Part shown: positions 1 through 11,787 of the stretch, one piece after another
Position numbering within the stretch: position 1 is the stretch's first letter
Layout: the number at the start of each line of letters is the position of its first letter
Origin: an uncultured Bacteroides sp.
Lineage (GTDB): Bacteria; Bacteroidota; Bacteroidia; Bacteroidales; Bacteroidaceae
NCBI GenBank assembly: GCA_905201685.1
Contig: CAJKOW010000001.1
Span: 20,292-84,291 of the forward strand
DNA length: 64,000 nt
Direction of reading: 5' to 3'
The notes under the pieces: model-generated
Seen by the model: the letters and a program-made list of their open reading frames with translations, nothing else
Told to the model about the DNA's origin: nothing
Database searches by the model: none
Program-made: the position numbers and the translations under genes

Positions 1-1
1 T

Positions 2-664
2 CGTGTATTGGAAATAGGATGCGGCGAAGGTGGCAACCTTCTACCTTTCGCACAAGCCGGTTGCCGGGTGACAGGCATCGACCTGGCTACCACGCGTATT
101 GAAGAGGCACGCCGTTTCTTCTGTCAGGCCGAAGCAAAAGGTACTTTCCTCGCTGCCGACATCTTGCAATATGCACCAGTGACAAAAGAGACCTTCGACC
201 TTATCCTGATGCACGACGTCATCGAGCACATTGCAGACAAAGGGCAGTTGCTCGCCGCTATCAAGCATCTCCTGTCGCCCGGCGGCCTCCTTTTCATCGC
301 CTTTCCTGCCTGGCAGATGCCCTTCGGCGGCCACCAGCAGATTTGCCATCATACCTTGCTTGCCCACTTGCCCTTCATCCATCTGTTGCCACGAGTAGCC
401 TATCGAGGACTACTCCGTCTGGCTGGTGAACCCCAAGGTGGCATCAACGAACTGATGAACATCCGTCGTACACGTACTACCATCGAACAATTCGAGAAAC
501 TGGCCCGCCAGCACTACCGGATTGCCGACCGACAGCTGTGGTTCATCAATCCGCACTACGAAACCAAATTCCACCTGTACCCCCGCAAACTGTGGAAGCC
601 GCTCAGCCGTTTTCCCATACTGCGCGGTTTCTTCTCCACCTCCTGCTGGTATCTGCTGAAATAA
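2..664 (+). CDS. Class I SAM-dependent methyltransferase (5' end outside window)
   Basis: Motif I (V)LEIGCGEGG, FDLI..HDVIEH; the frame is open to the window edge. Confidence 0.85.
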   Translation, partial: RVLEIGCGEGGNLLPFAQAGCRVTGIDLATTRIEEARRFFCQAEAKGTFLAADILQYAPVTKETFDLILMHDVIEHIADKGQLLAAIKHLLSPGGLLFIAFPAWQMPFGGHQQICHHTLLAHLPFIHLLPRVAYRGLLRLAGEPQGGINELMNIRRTRTTIEQFEKLARQHYRIADRQLWFINPHYETKFHLYPRKLWKPLSRFPILRGFFSTSCWYLLK

Positions 665-683
665 AAGGAAATACAGAAACGAC

Positions 684-730
684 ATTACCCGGACTATCAC
701 AGTGCATTAATCTGTGAAAATCCGGGTAAT
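684..730. terminator. Hairpin between convergent genes (probable bidirectional terminator, REP-like)
   Basis: ATTACCCGGA..TCACAG / CTGTGA..TCCGGGTAAT inverted repeat. Confidence 0.55.
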
Positions 731-756
731 ACTATATGACTTGTAAAGTAATTCCT

Positions 757-2910
757 TTAGTATGTCAACGCCTCTTCATGATACGTGTCAAAACACGGAT
801 AATGTTCCAACGGACGAGGCTGACAGAAGTCTATGCCGTCGAATATCGGATTGGGAGCAGCAGCCTGAGGCAGGATGAGATTGACCTTGGCATCCTCACC
901 TTCGAGACGTACATCGAACTTTCCATTCTTATACGTATAATATAATGTACCACGGCCTATCTTGACCGAAGTCTGCAATTCTGTGATATCAGCCGGTAAC
1001 TTGGGCTCGACAGTCACCGTGCCACTCATCAGGTCGGGACGGATGCCAAGGAAATACTGGTACCATACACGCAGTTGTTCGGAGTTGCTCCACGCTTGCA
1101 GGAAAGTACCCGAACGGCCTGCCCACGAGTGTCCTTCACGCGGATGGGCATCGGCGTTTTCGCTAAGACTGCCCACTGCACCTTCGTACAAGGCCTGGCG
1201 GTTCATGTTTTGGAAGAGTTTCCAAGCAGTCTCCTGCTGGCCATACTCTATAATGCGTTGCATGGCGATGCCGTTATTCCACAGCCAGACGGTACCATTG
1301 TGATAAGCATCATCTTTATGGTAGTAGTGCCAGTTCTCGTGCTGCGGATGAAACTGAAGATCCCACTGGGCCAGCGAAGCCACACCCCACGGATAAACCA
1401 GTTCTTCCCACACACGACGGGTGACGCGTTGCTTGAAATCCTCGTCGGCTATCAGGTCGAAACAATAAAGCTGATTGGGACGGTATTGCAAGTCAGGAGT
1501 GCCGTCAGCATTCAGGTGGTCGTAGATAAGAAGGCTATCCTTGTTGCAATAATCAGCCTCGAAGTTGCGAGCCAGGCGAACGGCTGCTTCGTGCCAGGTT
1601 TCGGCATGAGGTGCATCATCCATCAGACGAGCCAAGTGAGCACCGGCCTCCAGCTGTTTGTACCACAAATACTGGATATCATTGGCACGATTGCCGCGAG
1701 GTGAACCAGGGATGCCATTACGTTTCACGTCCATCCACGTGTCGGCATCGGCATGCAGCAGGTAACCTTTCTCGTCCGTGTGATGGCGCAAGCTCTGGTC
1801 GATGCTGAGGACAACGGAAGGATAAATATCACGAAGGAAACTGCGGTCGCCCGAATAGCGAAGGAGTTCTTCAGCCTCGATGACGTAGCGCGGCGTACCG
1901 TCGGCAGTATTGTAGAGAATCCCCTCCAGATTGGCGCGATTGGGAATGCGGCCGCAAGTCACTGAAGTGGTATCGCGATCCTGCAACTTGGCAAAATCCT
2001 TCAGAATATCTTTCGTTACTTCAAACTGGCCCGTAACAAGTGTAGCACCCGGCATGGCGATAAACATATCGCGCCCCCAATATTCGTTGAACCATGGCAA
2101 ACCGGCATAAATGCCCTTACCTTGCTGCTCGGTAATCAGTTCGTCCATGGTCAGGGTAATCCAAGCCAGCGCCTTGTCCAGTTCGGGCAAGTTGGTGTGC
2201 AGCGGATTGTTCTCAGTAACCAAGTCGTTCATGCGTGCCTTGCGCTGAGCCAGCCATTCCGCACCTTCCTGCCGATAACCGGCGATGAGCGAGTCGCAAT
2301 GTGCTTCTGTGCCATAAGCAATGAGGAAGCCTCCGGCAGATGCGGGTGCCTGCATACAGTTACCATTGAAGCTGATGCCAACGGGATTCAAAGGGACTAC
2401 CTTCAACCGGTTATTCTCTGCCTCCTGTGGTGTGTAACACAATGCGTCAGTCTGTCGGTTGGCATCCTTCAGCAGCGTTTCGTTCAGTGTAATGGCGATG
2501 CTGTCGCCCTGCACCTTGTCCACTACAATACTAAGCAATTCCCGGTTGTCCACCATGGCCAGTGTTTCGATTGCGACAGGCCAACGACGTACCAGTCGGT
2601 CGGGGTAAACACACACTTGCGATTTGCTCCTTAACAGAGGCTTACCATCCACTGTCAAAGCGTAGTCTGAGAAAATACGGCGTTTAGCCTGATTCCATCC
2701 GGCATACCAATCGGTAGGCTCGTCCTGATGTGTGCGTCCATACCAGTATCCCGCCTTCTTGTCGGTATACGAATATTCACGGTTTGCTTCAGGAGCGACC
2801 TCCACGCCCAGTTCATCAACTGTCAGTGCAGGAATAGAAGGAGTTTTGTCTGCCGACCCGCATGACATCAGTACAGGCACGGCCAACAGAGTAAGAAAAC
2901 GATGTTTCAT
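757..2910 (-). CDS. Amylo-alpha-1,6-glucosidase / glycogen-debranching-like (alpha/alpha)6 glycoside hydrolase, lipoprotein
   Basis: IYAGLPWFNEYWGRD, TWMD, YHNGTVWLW and QAWS motifs; N-terminal lipobox LMSC. Confidence 0.8.
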   Translation of the reverse strand: MKHRFLTLLAVPVLMSCGSADKTPSIPALTVDELGVEVAPEANREYSYTDKKAGYWYGRTHQDEPTDWYAGWNQAKRRIFSDYALTVDGKPLLRSKSQVCVYPDRLVRRWPVAIETLAMVDNRELLSIVVDKVQGDSIAITLNETLLKDANRQTDALCYTPQEAENNRLKVVPLNPVGISFNGNCMQAPASAGGFLIAYGTEAHCDSLIAGYRQEGAEWLAQRKARMNDLVTENNPLHTNLPELDKALAWITLTMDELITEQQGKGIYAGLPWFNEYWGRDMFIAMPGATLVTGQFEVTKDILKDFAKLQDRDTTSVTCGRIPNRANLEGILYNTADGTPRYVIEAEELLRYSGDRSFLRDIYPSVVLSIDQSLRHHTDEKGYLLHADADTWMDVKRNGIPGSPRGNRANDIQYLWYKQLEAGAHLARLMDDAPHAETWHEAAVRLARNFEADYCNKDSLLIYDHLNADGTPDLQYRPNQLYCFDLIADEDFKQRVTRRVWEELVYPWGVASLAQWDLQFHPQHENWHYYHKDDAYHNGTVWLWNNGIAMQRIIEYGQQETAWKLFQNMNRQALYEGAVGSLSENADAHPREGHSWAGRSGTFLQAWSNSEQLRVWYQYFLGIRPDLMSGTVTVEPKLPADITELQTSVKIGRGTLYYTYKNGKFDVRLEGEDAKVNLILPQAAAPNPIFDGIDFCQPRPLEHYPCFDTYHEEALTY

Positions 2911-3009
2911 AGCTTTTGTTGATATAAGTTGTGTCTTTATTTTTCAGTTTGCAATATTAGGAAAAATATGGTAAATCTACAGCAACTTCGTACACAAACC
3001 GTTCCCAAT

Positions 3010-3160
3010 CTGCCGGAAAACGTTTGCGGCAAAGACAACATAATATGTATGACCATCCCCCAGAAAGGAAGAGGGAAAAGTAGCGGAATGCGGATCATCA
3101 CCTTCACCGCAATCGTCGCGGTTGATGAAACGGAAACCAACCAATTCTGCATCTACAGGA
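3010..3160 (+). pseudogene. Remnant of a RelE/HigB-type toxin gene
   Basis: MTIPQKGRGKSSGMRIITFTAIVAVDETE resembles the KGKGKSGGxRvI motif of RelE/HigB-2-like toxins; no intact N-terminus or antitoxin. Confidence 0.5.
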
Positions 3161-3285
3161 GCAATGGCAAAACTGTCCATCAACACATCCGGCTCTGCAA
3201 ACAGCAGATGGGCGCATTCCGTTCGTCCATGTGTAGTTAAGAACTGGCAAAACTCTCTCTATTCTTCAATTTAACCTAAACCTGT

Positions 3286-3315
3286 GATCCCTGCAAATCA
3301 GCTTTTGCAGGGATC
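3286..3315. terminator. Stem-loop, possible terminator
   Basis: GATCCCTGCAAA-N6-TTTGCAGGGATC followed by T-rich sequence. Confidence 0.5.
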
Positions 3316-3398
3316 TTTCTGTCCAAATACATTTCCGATAATCAAACATTTCCGTATCTTTGCCTCTATAAAAACGAAACTTCAAAAAAGCAACTGTC

Positions 3399-3701
3399 AT
3401 GGATATCCAGCACCATCCCGAACAACATCGTTTCACCCTGACCCAAAACGGTGAAACAGCCCATGTAGCCTACCTCATAGAAAACGGCGCACTCGACATA
3501 CGCCACACCATTGTCCCCGCCCCACTCGGAGGCCAAGGCATAGCCTCTGCGTTAGTCAAAGCGGCCTACGACTATGCCCTTCAACAAGGTTATCGATGTG
3601 TAGCAACATGTTCCTACGCAGTCCGTTGGCTACAGCGGCATCCCGAATACAACGGTACTCCCAGCCAGGAGTACTGCGGAGGAAACGCCTGCGCCCTGTA
3701 A
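3399..3701 (+). CDS. GNAT N-acetyltransferase (YjdJ-like)
   Basis: HTIVPAPLGGQGIAS..LV and ATCSYA motifs, 100 aa. Confidence 0.85.
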   Translation: MDIQHHPEQHRFTLTQNGETAHVAYLIENGALDIRHTIVPAPLGGQGIASALVKAAYDYALQQGYRCVATCSYAVRWLQRHPEYNGTPSQEYCGGNACAL

Positions 3702-3805
3702 AAACTGTCAGCAGGCCTTAAACAAAAAAGCGGACGGCAAGCAACCCCTTCACACATAGGATTACTTTCCGTCCGCTTGCTTCATTCCGGCCGTAACCGG
3801 CTTTT

Positions 3806-4102
3806 TCAAAACACTTCACCGTACATCTTCAGCCGGTTGCGTAAGTCACGTATTTCACGCTTCATGTCCTCCATCTGCTCCAGCAGATGATGAATGGCAT
3901 CAATTCCCTCCATATTGATGGAAAGGTCGTAATACATACGGCTGTACCGCTCCACATCGGGCAGTTGCGAGAAAGTCAGACACGGCTTTCCTTCGTCAAA
4001 CAAGATGTCAATCAGTCCATTCTCCTGCAGGAGGTCGATAAACGACGGCTCTATATGGCATTTGTCGCAATAATCGCTGACAATAATCAATTCGTTCTGC
4101 AT
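3806..4102 (-). CDS. cbpM: Chaperone modulator CbpM (MerR-like HTH)
   Basis: RMYYDLSINMEGID motif; directly downstream of cbpA. Confidence 0.8.
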   Translation of the reverse strand: MQNELIIVSDYCDKCHIEPSFIDLLQENGLIDILFDEGKPCLTFSQLPDVERYSRMYYDLSINMEGIDAIHHLLEQMEDMKREIRDLRNRLKMYGEVF

Positions 4103-4114
4103 AATGGTTCTTTT

Positions 4115-5065
4115 TTAGTTCATACTTTGAATTTTACGGAGCATTTCTTTCTGCTGTTCCGTCAGGTTGGTAGGCAACACAACGTGATAAGTCACGATCA
4201 GGTCGCCAAATTCACCTTCTTTCTTATAGACAGGGAAGCCTTTGCCTTTCAGGCGCACCTTGGTACCATTCTGCGTACCCGGTTTTACTTTCAGTTTCAC
4301 TTGTCCGTCCAAAGTATCGACCAGTAAGTCACCACCCAGCAGAGCTGTATAGAGGTCGGTATTAACATCCACATACAAATCATCGCCCAAACGCTTGAAC
4401 ACCGGATCGTCGGGAATGACGAACGTAATGTACAAGTCACCGGCAGGTCCGCCGTTCATGCCCGGAGCGCCATAACCTTTCAGCTTAATGACCTGACCAT
4501 TGGCCACACCTGCCGGAATGGTGATACGTACCTGTTTGTCGCCCACCGTCAGCACCTGTTTGTGCGTCTGCGCAGCTTCGCGCAACGACAAATCCAGTTC
4601 GGCCTGATAATCCTGCCCGCGGAAACCGCTCTGGCTTCTGCCACCACGGCCCCGATGGCCGAAGAGTTCTTCGAAAAAGTCGGAAAAGCCTCCGGCATTC
4701 TTTCCGGTAAACTCCTGTCCGTCGGACGAATACCAATACGTACCGTTGCCGTCCGTACTGAATCCGCCCGTTCCGAAGCCTCCGAATCCGGCACCACCGG
4801 CCTGCTGACGGGCCCGCTTCTGAGCCTCGAATTCGTCGGCATGCTTCCAATGCTCGCCGTACTCATCGTACTTCTTTCGCTTTTCAGGGTCGCTCAACAC
4901 TTCGTTAGCTTCGTTGATCGCCTGAAACTTGTCCTTGGCAGTAGGATCATTCGGGTTCAGGTCAGGATGAAACTTACGTGCCAACTTCCGGTACGCTTTC
5001 TTGATGTCATCCTGCGACGCCGTCTTGTCCACTCCCAGTACTTGATAATAATCTATAAAAGCCAT
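4115..5065 (-). CDS. cbpA: DnaJ-class co-chaperone CbpA
   Basis: J domain with HPD, G/F region and DnaJ C-terminal domain, no Zn finger. Confidence 0.9.
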   Translation of the reverse strand: MAFIDYYQVLGVDKTASQDDIKKAYRKLARKFHPDLNPNDPTAKDKFQAINEANEVLSDPEKRKKYDEYGEHWKHADEFEAQKRARQQAGGAGFGGFGTGGFSTDGNGTYWYSSDGQEFTGKNAGGFSDFFEELFGHRGRGGRSQSGFRGQDYQAELDLSLREAAQTHKQVLTVGDKQVRITIPAGVANGQVIKLKGYGAPGMNGGPAGDLYITFVIPDDPVFKRLGDDLYVDVNTDLYTALLGGDLLVDTLDGQVKLKVKPGTQNGTKVRLKGKGFPVYKKEGEFGDLIVTYHVVLPTNLTEQQKEMLRKIQSMN

Positions 5066-5162
5066 ATTCTGTCAATTTTTATATTTCAAACAATACCGTT
5101 TCTCCACCCGTTCCTTGCAAAGAGGCCTGCATGTCATCCCGCCCCTTTTCTGCTGACGGGAA

Positions 5163-6182
5163 TCAATAACAACTCTTCGCCGTCGCAAGCAGTTCGCGGA
5201 TATCCTCTTCCGTCGTGTCGAAAGAGGTTACCAATCTGATCTCATTGGCCGGTTCATCCCAGAAATAAAAGAAATAAGATTGCAACAGCCTGTCTATCAC
5301 CCGGCGAGGCATGGTCAGGAACAACTGATTGCTCTCCACCTGCTGAGTGAATCTGACATCGGGCAACTTCTCCAGTCCGTCGCGCAACAGCAAGGCCATC
5401 CGGTTGGCATGGCGGGCATTCGCGAGCCACAAGTCATCCTTCAGATAAGCGGTGAACTGACAGGAAAGATAACGCAACTTCGATGCCAGCTGCGCCGACT
5501 GTTTCCTGACAAAGCGCGCTTCCTTCTGCAACGCGGGATGGAAGACTATGACACTCTCGCCCATCATCAGCCCGTTCTTCGTTCCGCCGAAACTGAGGAT
5601 GTCAATGCCGCAGTCCACCGTCAGCTGCCTCAAGGTAAGCCCCAAGGCCGCACACGCATTGGCCAAGCGGGCACCGTCCATGTGGACATACATACCGTGA
5701 CTGTGAGCCAGTTCCGTAATGGCACGCAACTCATCAGGCTTGTATATCGTACCCAGCTCCGTACACTGCGACAGATAGATGGCTCCCGGTTGCGAATGAT
5801 GCTGCTCGCCGAAATTACACAGATAGGGGCGCAACAGTTCAGGCGTCAGCTTTCCGTCAGGAGTAGCTATCGGTCTGATCTGACAGCCTGTCATACGGGC
5901 AGGAGCGCCACACTCATCCACATAGATGTGGGCAGTCTCGGCACACAGTATCAGGTTGTAGGGACGTGTGCACAGTTGCAGGGCAACGGCGTTGCTGCCT
6001 GTTCCGTTAAACACAAACAGCGGCTCGCAATCGGCCGTAAAGGCTTCGCGTATCTTGCCTACGGCTTCTTCCGTCCAGGGATCGTCGCCATACCCCAATG
6101 CATGGTCCTGATTCGCCCTGTTCAAGGCCTCCATCACCAACGGATGCACGCCCGAATTATTGTCTGATGCAAAACTTCTCAT
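5163..6182 (-). CDS. ltaE: Low-specificity L-threonine aldolase
   Basis: FASDN, HMDGARLANA, SFGGTKNG (PLP Lys). Confidence 0.9.
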   Translation of the reverse strand: MRSFASDNNSGVHPLVMEALNRANQDHALGYGDDPWTEEAVGKIREAFTADCEPLFVFNGTGSNAVALQLCTRPYNLILCAETAHIYVDECGAPARMTGCQIRPIATPDGKLTPELLRPYLCNFGEQHHSQPGAIYLSQCTELGTIYKPDELRAITELAHSHGMYVHMDGARLANACAALGLTLRQLTVDCGIDILSFGGTKNGLMMGESVIVFHPALQKEARFVRKQSAQLASKLRYLSCQFTAYLKDDLWLANARHANRMALLLRDGLEKLPDVRFTQQVESNQLFLTMPRRVIDRLLQSYFFYFWDEPANEIRLVTSFDTTEEDIRELLATAKSCY

Positions 6183-6210
6183 ACTCTTATTTTCTCAATT
6201 TCCGCAAGCT

Positions 6211-6294
6211 CAAGTTGACGAGTTAACGAGTTGACGAGGCGTTTGCAGTGAGCACTTCGGCCTTGTAAACTTGTTGACTGTAGCTTTGTCAACC
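6211..6294. repeat. 8-bp-periodic intergenic repeat element (AGTTGACG)n with inverted arm
   Basis: AGTTGACG AGTTAACG AGTTGACG AG ... CCTTGTAAACTTGTTGAC..TTGTCAAC. Confidence 0.6.
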
Positions 6295-6333
6295 AATAAG
6301 TTGAGCACTTGCGAAACTTAAATTATCTTCATT

Positions 6334-6380
6334 AAAAAAGCCGCGGCATCTTCACAAGGCAAGACACCGCGGCTGCTTTT
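6334..6380 (-). terminator. Rho-independent terminator of groESL
   Basis: AGCCGCGG..CCGCGGCT stem with an A-run (U-tract on the minus strand). Confidence 0.7.
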
Positions 6381-6410
6381 ATACTAATTTAATCAGGGGA
6401 AATCGACCGA

Positions 6411-8057
<1,647 letters not shown>

Positions 8058-8086
8058 TTAAAAATTGATAATTGAAAATTTATAAT

Positions 8087-8359
8087 TTATCCCAGAATGG
8101 CGAGTACATCGCTCTGACGCATGATCAGATATTTAGTACCGTCGAGTTCTATTTCCGTACCGGCGTATTTACCGTAGAGTACGTGGTCACCAGCTTTCAG
8201 TACCATTTCTTCGTCCTTCGTACCGTTACCGGCTGCAATCACTTCGCCTCTCAAAGGTTTCTCTTTAGCTGTATCAGGAATGATGATACCACCGATTGTC
8301 TTCTCTTCTGCAGGTGCAGGGAGTATCAGAACTCTGTCTGCCAATGGTCTAATGTTCAT
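8087..8359 (-). CDS. groS: Co-chaperonin GroES
   Basis: [23 protein letters not shown]. Confidence 0.99.
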   Translation of the reverse strand: MNIRPLADRVLILPAPAEEKTIGGIIIPDTAKEKPLRGEVIAAGNGTKDEEMVLKAGDHVLYGKYAGTEIELDGTKYLIMRQSDVLAILG

Positions 8360-8564
8360 AGTTCTTTTTGTTTTTATATGTTATACTTATTTTTCTTGTT
8401 TCTGCCTGCTTTGATGCAAGCGAAAAAGGATATACGAAAAGTGTGCCAAACGGGCGGATGCACAAATTGGCAGAAGCCGCCTGCCAATTTGACGTTATGT
8501 CGGACAGGCCTGTGCTATAATTACAGGCCAGCGCCGTCAAGCAAGACACTAAAATTACCTAACT

Positions 8565-8637
8565 GGGAAAAAAGAATTCCCTAAGTAGGGAAAAAGAATT
8601 CCCTGACTACGGAAGCGAACTTCCATGGTCAGGGAAT
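8565..8637. repeat. Short 22-23-bp periodic palindromic array (GGGAA..TTCCC units)
   Basis: Units start at 8565, 8588, 8610 and 8632. Confidence 0.6.
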
Positions 8638-8686
8638 CAAGTCAATATAAGGTTCCTATCGTTTTTTACGACGCCATCTTCATCCG

Positions 8687-8821
8687 TCAGATGCTCCAGA
8701 AAGCTTTAGTCGAACTGACCATGGAGCTTCCCATATACAAAAGAAACAGAATTGCCACAATAACCATCACCACACCAATCAATAGATTGTGCCTGTTCTC
8801 GTTCAACTGAATGGAAACCAT
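8687..8821 (-). CDS. Small single-TM membrane protein (44 aa)
   Basis: ATG preceded by AAGGAGG; TACCTTTG -7 promoter element at 8850-8857; one hydrophobic helix. Confidence 0.55.
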   Translation of the reverse strand: MVSIQLNENRHNLLIGVVMVIVAILFLLYMGSSMVSSTKAFWSI

Positions 8822-8975
8822 AATAACCTCCTTTTTTATAAGTCCGACGCAAAGGTAACCTGCATTGGTTACATTCTCTTTGCAACAATATGACAATATA
8901 GCGAAAGTGACAGTAAAAAGTCCGATTTGCTTGAACTTTTCCACCCAAAGCTCTCCTATACCCCACAAATATACG

Positions 8976-9004
8976 AAAAAAGGAGCAGAAAATGCTCCTT
9001 TTTA
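8976..9004 (-). terminator. Terminator of hisS
   Basis: AAAAAGGAGCA-GAAAA-TGCTCCTTTTT. Confidence 0.75.
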
Positions 9005-9023
9005 ATAGTATTTTATCTTTTAT

Positions 9024-10388
9024 TTATTTGCTCAGCTCTGCCACCAGTTCATCGGGAGTCACTAACCGCTGTTCGCCGGTCTCCATATTTTTCAGGGTCA
9101 CTTTGCCTTCGTTCATCTCGTTCTCGCCCACCAGCGCTACGAACGGAATACCTTTGGCGTTGGCGTAGCTCATCTGTTTTTTCATCTTGCAGCAATCCGG
9201 GAATATCTCGGCACGAATGCCTGCACCGCGTACCCAGGCCAGTACTTGCATGGCAAAGGCTGCTTCCTTCTCGCCAAAGTTGATGAAGAGCAGCTGGGTA
9301 CCGTTCACGGCTTCCTTCGGATAAAGATCCAGCTGATTGAGCACGTCGAAGATGCGGTCGGCACCGAACGAGATGCCCACACCGCTCACACCTGCCATGC
9401 CGAAGACGCCTGTCAGGTTGTCATAGCGTCCGCCGCCGGTGATGCTGCCTATCTGAACGTCCAGTGCCTTCACCTCGAAGATGGCACCCGTATAGTAGTT
9501 CAGTCCGCGTGCCAGGGTCAGGTCAAGCTCTAATTCGTTCTTCAGTCCCAGTCCCTTCAGGGTCGAAAGGATGAATTCGCTCTCTTCCACTCCCTTCAGT
9601 CCGGTTTCGCTGGCGGCCAGTACCTGCTTCAGCGTGGCCAGTTTCTCTTCGTTCGACCCGCTCAGCAGGATGATAGGTTGCAGCTTGGCGATGGCTTCGT
9701 CGCCGATGCCTTTTTCGCGCAGTTCGGCGTTCACGTTGTCCAGCCCTATTTTGTCCAACTTGTCAATGGCTACGGTAATATCCACTATCTTGTCTGCCTC
9801 GCCGATGATTTCGGCAATACCGGTCAGAATCTTGCGGTTGTTGATTTTGATGCACACCCGTATGCCGAAACGGCTGAACACCGTGTCAACAATCTGCATC
9901 AGTTCCACTTCGTTCAGCAACGAATCACTGCCCACCACGTCGGCATCGCACTGATAGAACTCGCGGTAACGTCCTTTCTGCGGACGGTCGGCACGCCATA
10001 CGGGTTGAATCTGATAGCGTTTGAAAGGGAAAGTAATTTCGTCACGATGCATCACCACGTAGCGTGCAAAAGGCACCGTCAGGTCGTAGCGCAAGCCTTT
10101 CTCGCAGAATTTGCAGGCCAGCTTGGCGGCGTTGCGGCTCAGCAGTTCGTCATCGGTCAGGCCAGAGAAGTAGTCGCCCGAGTTCTGTATCTTGAACAGG
10201 AGCTTGTCGCCTTCCTCGCCATACTTGCCCATCAGCGTGGAAAGCATCTCCATGGCGGGTGTTTCTATCTGCTGGAAGCCATAGAGGTGATACACGTCGC
10301 GGATGGTGTTGAATATATAGTTGCGTTTCGCCATTTCTACCGGCGAAAAGTCACGGGTTCCTTTCGGAATACAAGGTTTTGCTGCCAT
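9024..10388 (-). CDS. hisS: Histidine--tRNA ligase
   Basis: [37 protein letters not shown]. Confidence 0.99.
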   Translation of the reverse strand: MAAKPCIPKGTRDFSPVEMAKRNYIFNTIRDVYHLYGFQQIETPAMEMLSTLMGKYGEEGDKLLFKIQNSGDYFSGLTDDELLSRNAAKLACKFCEKGLRYDLTVPFARYVVMHRDEITFPFKRYQIQPVWRADRPQKGRYREFYQCDADVVGSDSLLNEVELMQIVDTVFSRFGIRVCIKINNRKILTGIAEIIGEADKIVDITVAIDKLDKIGLDNVNAELREKGIGDEAIAKLQPIILLSGSNEEKLATLKQVLAASETGLKGVEESEFILSTLKGLGLKNELELDLTLARGLNYYTGAIFEVKALDVQIGSITGGGRYDNLTGVFGMAGVSGVGISFGADRIFDVLNQLDLYPKEAVNGTQLLFINFGEKEAAFAMQVLAWVRGAGIRAEIFPDCCKMKKQMSYANAKGIPFVALVGENEMNEGKVTLKNMETGEQRLVTPDELVAELSK

Positions 10389-10589
10389 ATTCGTATCAGT
10401 TACATTTATAATCGGACGGCAAAGTTACAGTATTTTATCCGGAAAATCGGCATCTGCGGGCTAAATATTCCAACGGCTGTCAGCCAATCGGGCAAAATAC
10501 TCCGTTCCATGCTTTCACAGGAATTACACCAGGGAACTGCAGGAGAAGAACATACCCACGCCCCATAAAGGTACAGACACATCTGAAAG

Positions 10590-11000
10590 TCATCCAATAA
10601 TGTAACTGCTTAGGATCTCTACAAACCGATCCAACGGTAATTTCAGGAGGCTTCCTTGGGGAATATTTAGCTCTAACAAGCCGTTTGATATTGTGGCAAA
10701 CATCCTGTTTTCACTAAGTAAACAAACCTCATTACTGTCTTTTTGCCTTATTGTTATCCGATCCTCGGCAGCCGCGTGAACATGTTTGGCCTGAAGATGT
10801 TCCTTGGCAGCATGGAGTGCCTCAACAAAATCGTTTAAGGATACCATGATTTTCCGGTCAGAAGTTGGATATATCTGTATTTCCAGATAACCATGTTCTT
10901 GATTTATTTCAGCGAACAACAACTTATGATAAACTTCTGCAACCAGATATTCCCTATCAGATGGACTTGCTATCCATATTTCATATTCATTTTTATACAT
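10590..11000 (-). CDS. Hypothetical protein (136 aa) with an apparent internal domain duplication
   Basis: Start MYKNEY at 11000 after an AT-rich leader; the two halves share the FA[ET]I..G.LE..I...L..FVE.L pattern. Confidence 0.6.
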   Translation of the reverse strand: MYKNEYEIWIASPSDREYLVAEVYHKLLFAEINQEHGYLEIQIYPTSDRKIMVSLNDFVEALHAAKEHLQAKHVHAAAEDRITIRQKDSNEVCLLSENRMFATISNGLLELNIPQGSLLKLPLDRFVEILSSYIIG

Positions 11001-11278
11001 ATTATTAAACTCTAAAACGAACAACAAACTTACTTTCATCCACCTCAAACGTTCCCCTATGCAGGTAGTGTCCACATACATATACAACCAGCAACCGAAT
11101 GATCAATCTGTGATAATCTGAGTAATCCGTGATGCATTTTTCAGCATTTCCCAAGTGAAGTTTCACCGTAACGCCCTGAAGATAAACCGTTTGTGGTGAA
11201 GGATAGATACGCGGACTACGCGAATGAAGGCGGACGAACGCGGATTTATCCATTTTTTTCGGCTTTCCACTGAATCAA

Positions 11279-11665
11279 GGTGAAACTTTATCTTTCACCA
11301 TATTCTACTGATTTTCAGGCCCAAAATTACCGGTGAAAGCGTGAAGGCAATTCCCTGCATTCTGTTTTTATACGTGTATATCCACACAGTCAGAGGCGTC
11401 TGCGTATCCATCTTTCACCCACTAAAGTCCTGCATGGCGGACGTAACTACCAACTTTGGCCACGCAACATCGGTAATCAGCCGGCGTGATTTGAACAAAA
11501 TGCCGACGGGTTTTGCCTGAAAAGTCCACGAGTTTTACACACAAATGCCTCGGGTTTTACTTGCAATTGCCACGGGTTTTGCCTGCAACTCCCACGAGTA
11601 TTGCTTGCATGGCTCGCGAGCCGTGCAAGTGTTTCTCGCGAGCCGTGCAAGTGTGGCTCACAGAC
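11279..11665 (+). repeat. Dispersed composite repeat element, copy 1 (GGTGAA/TTCACC motifs plus 22-bp periodic array)
   Basis: Units every 22 bp from 11506 to 11660; reverse-complement homolog at ~50685-51140. Confidence 0.8.
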
Positions 11666-11787
11666 TTATTCCACCTTAAGCGGAGCAATAAATTTCAAAT
11701 TCTGATTAACATGAATATCGATAATATATATCAGATTTCTCATATCTCACCCGATAAATTAAAAATTCATCATCAGCTATCTCTACC

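Noticed and set aside
10406..10597. 63-aa ORF upstream of hisS
   Set aside because: Overlaps the hisS -7 promoter element and has no recognisable features
11505..11665. 22-bp array as CRISPR, and ORFs 11513-11824 and 50550-50780 as genes
   Set aside because: No repeat-spacer alternation; the ORFs are chance read-throughs of the repeat element
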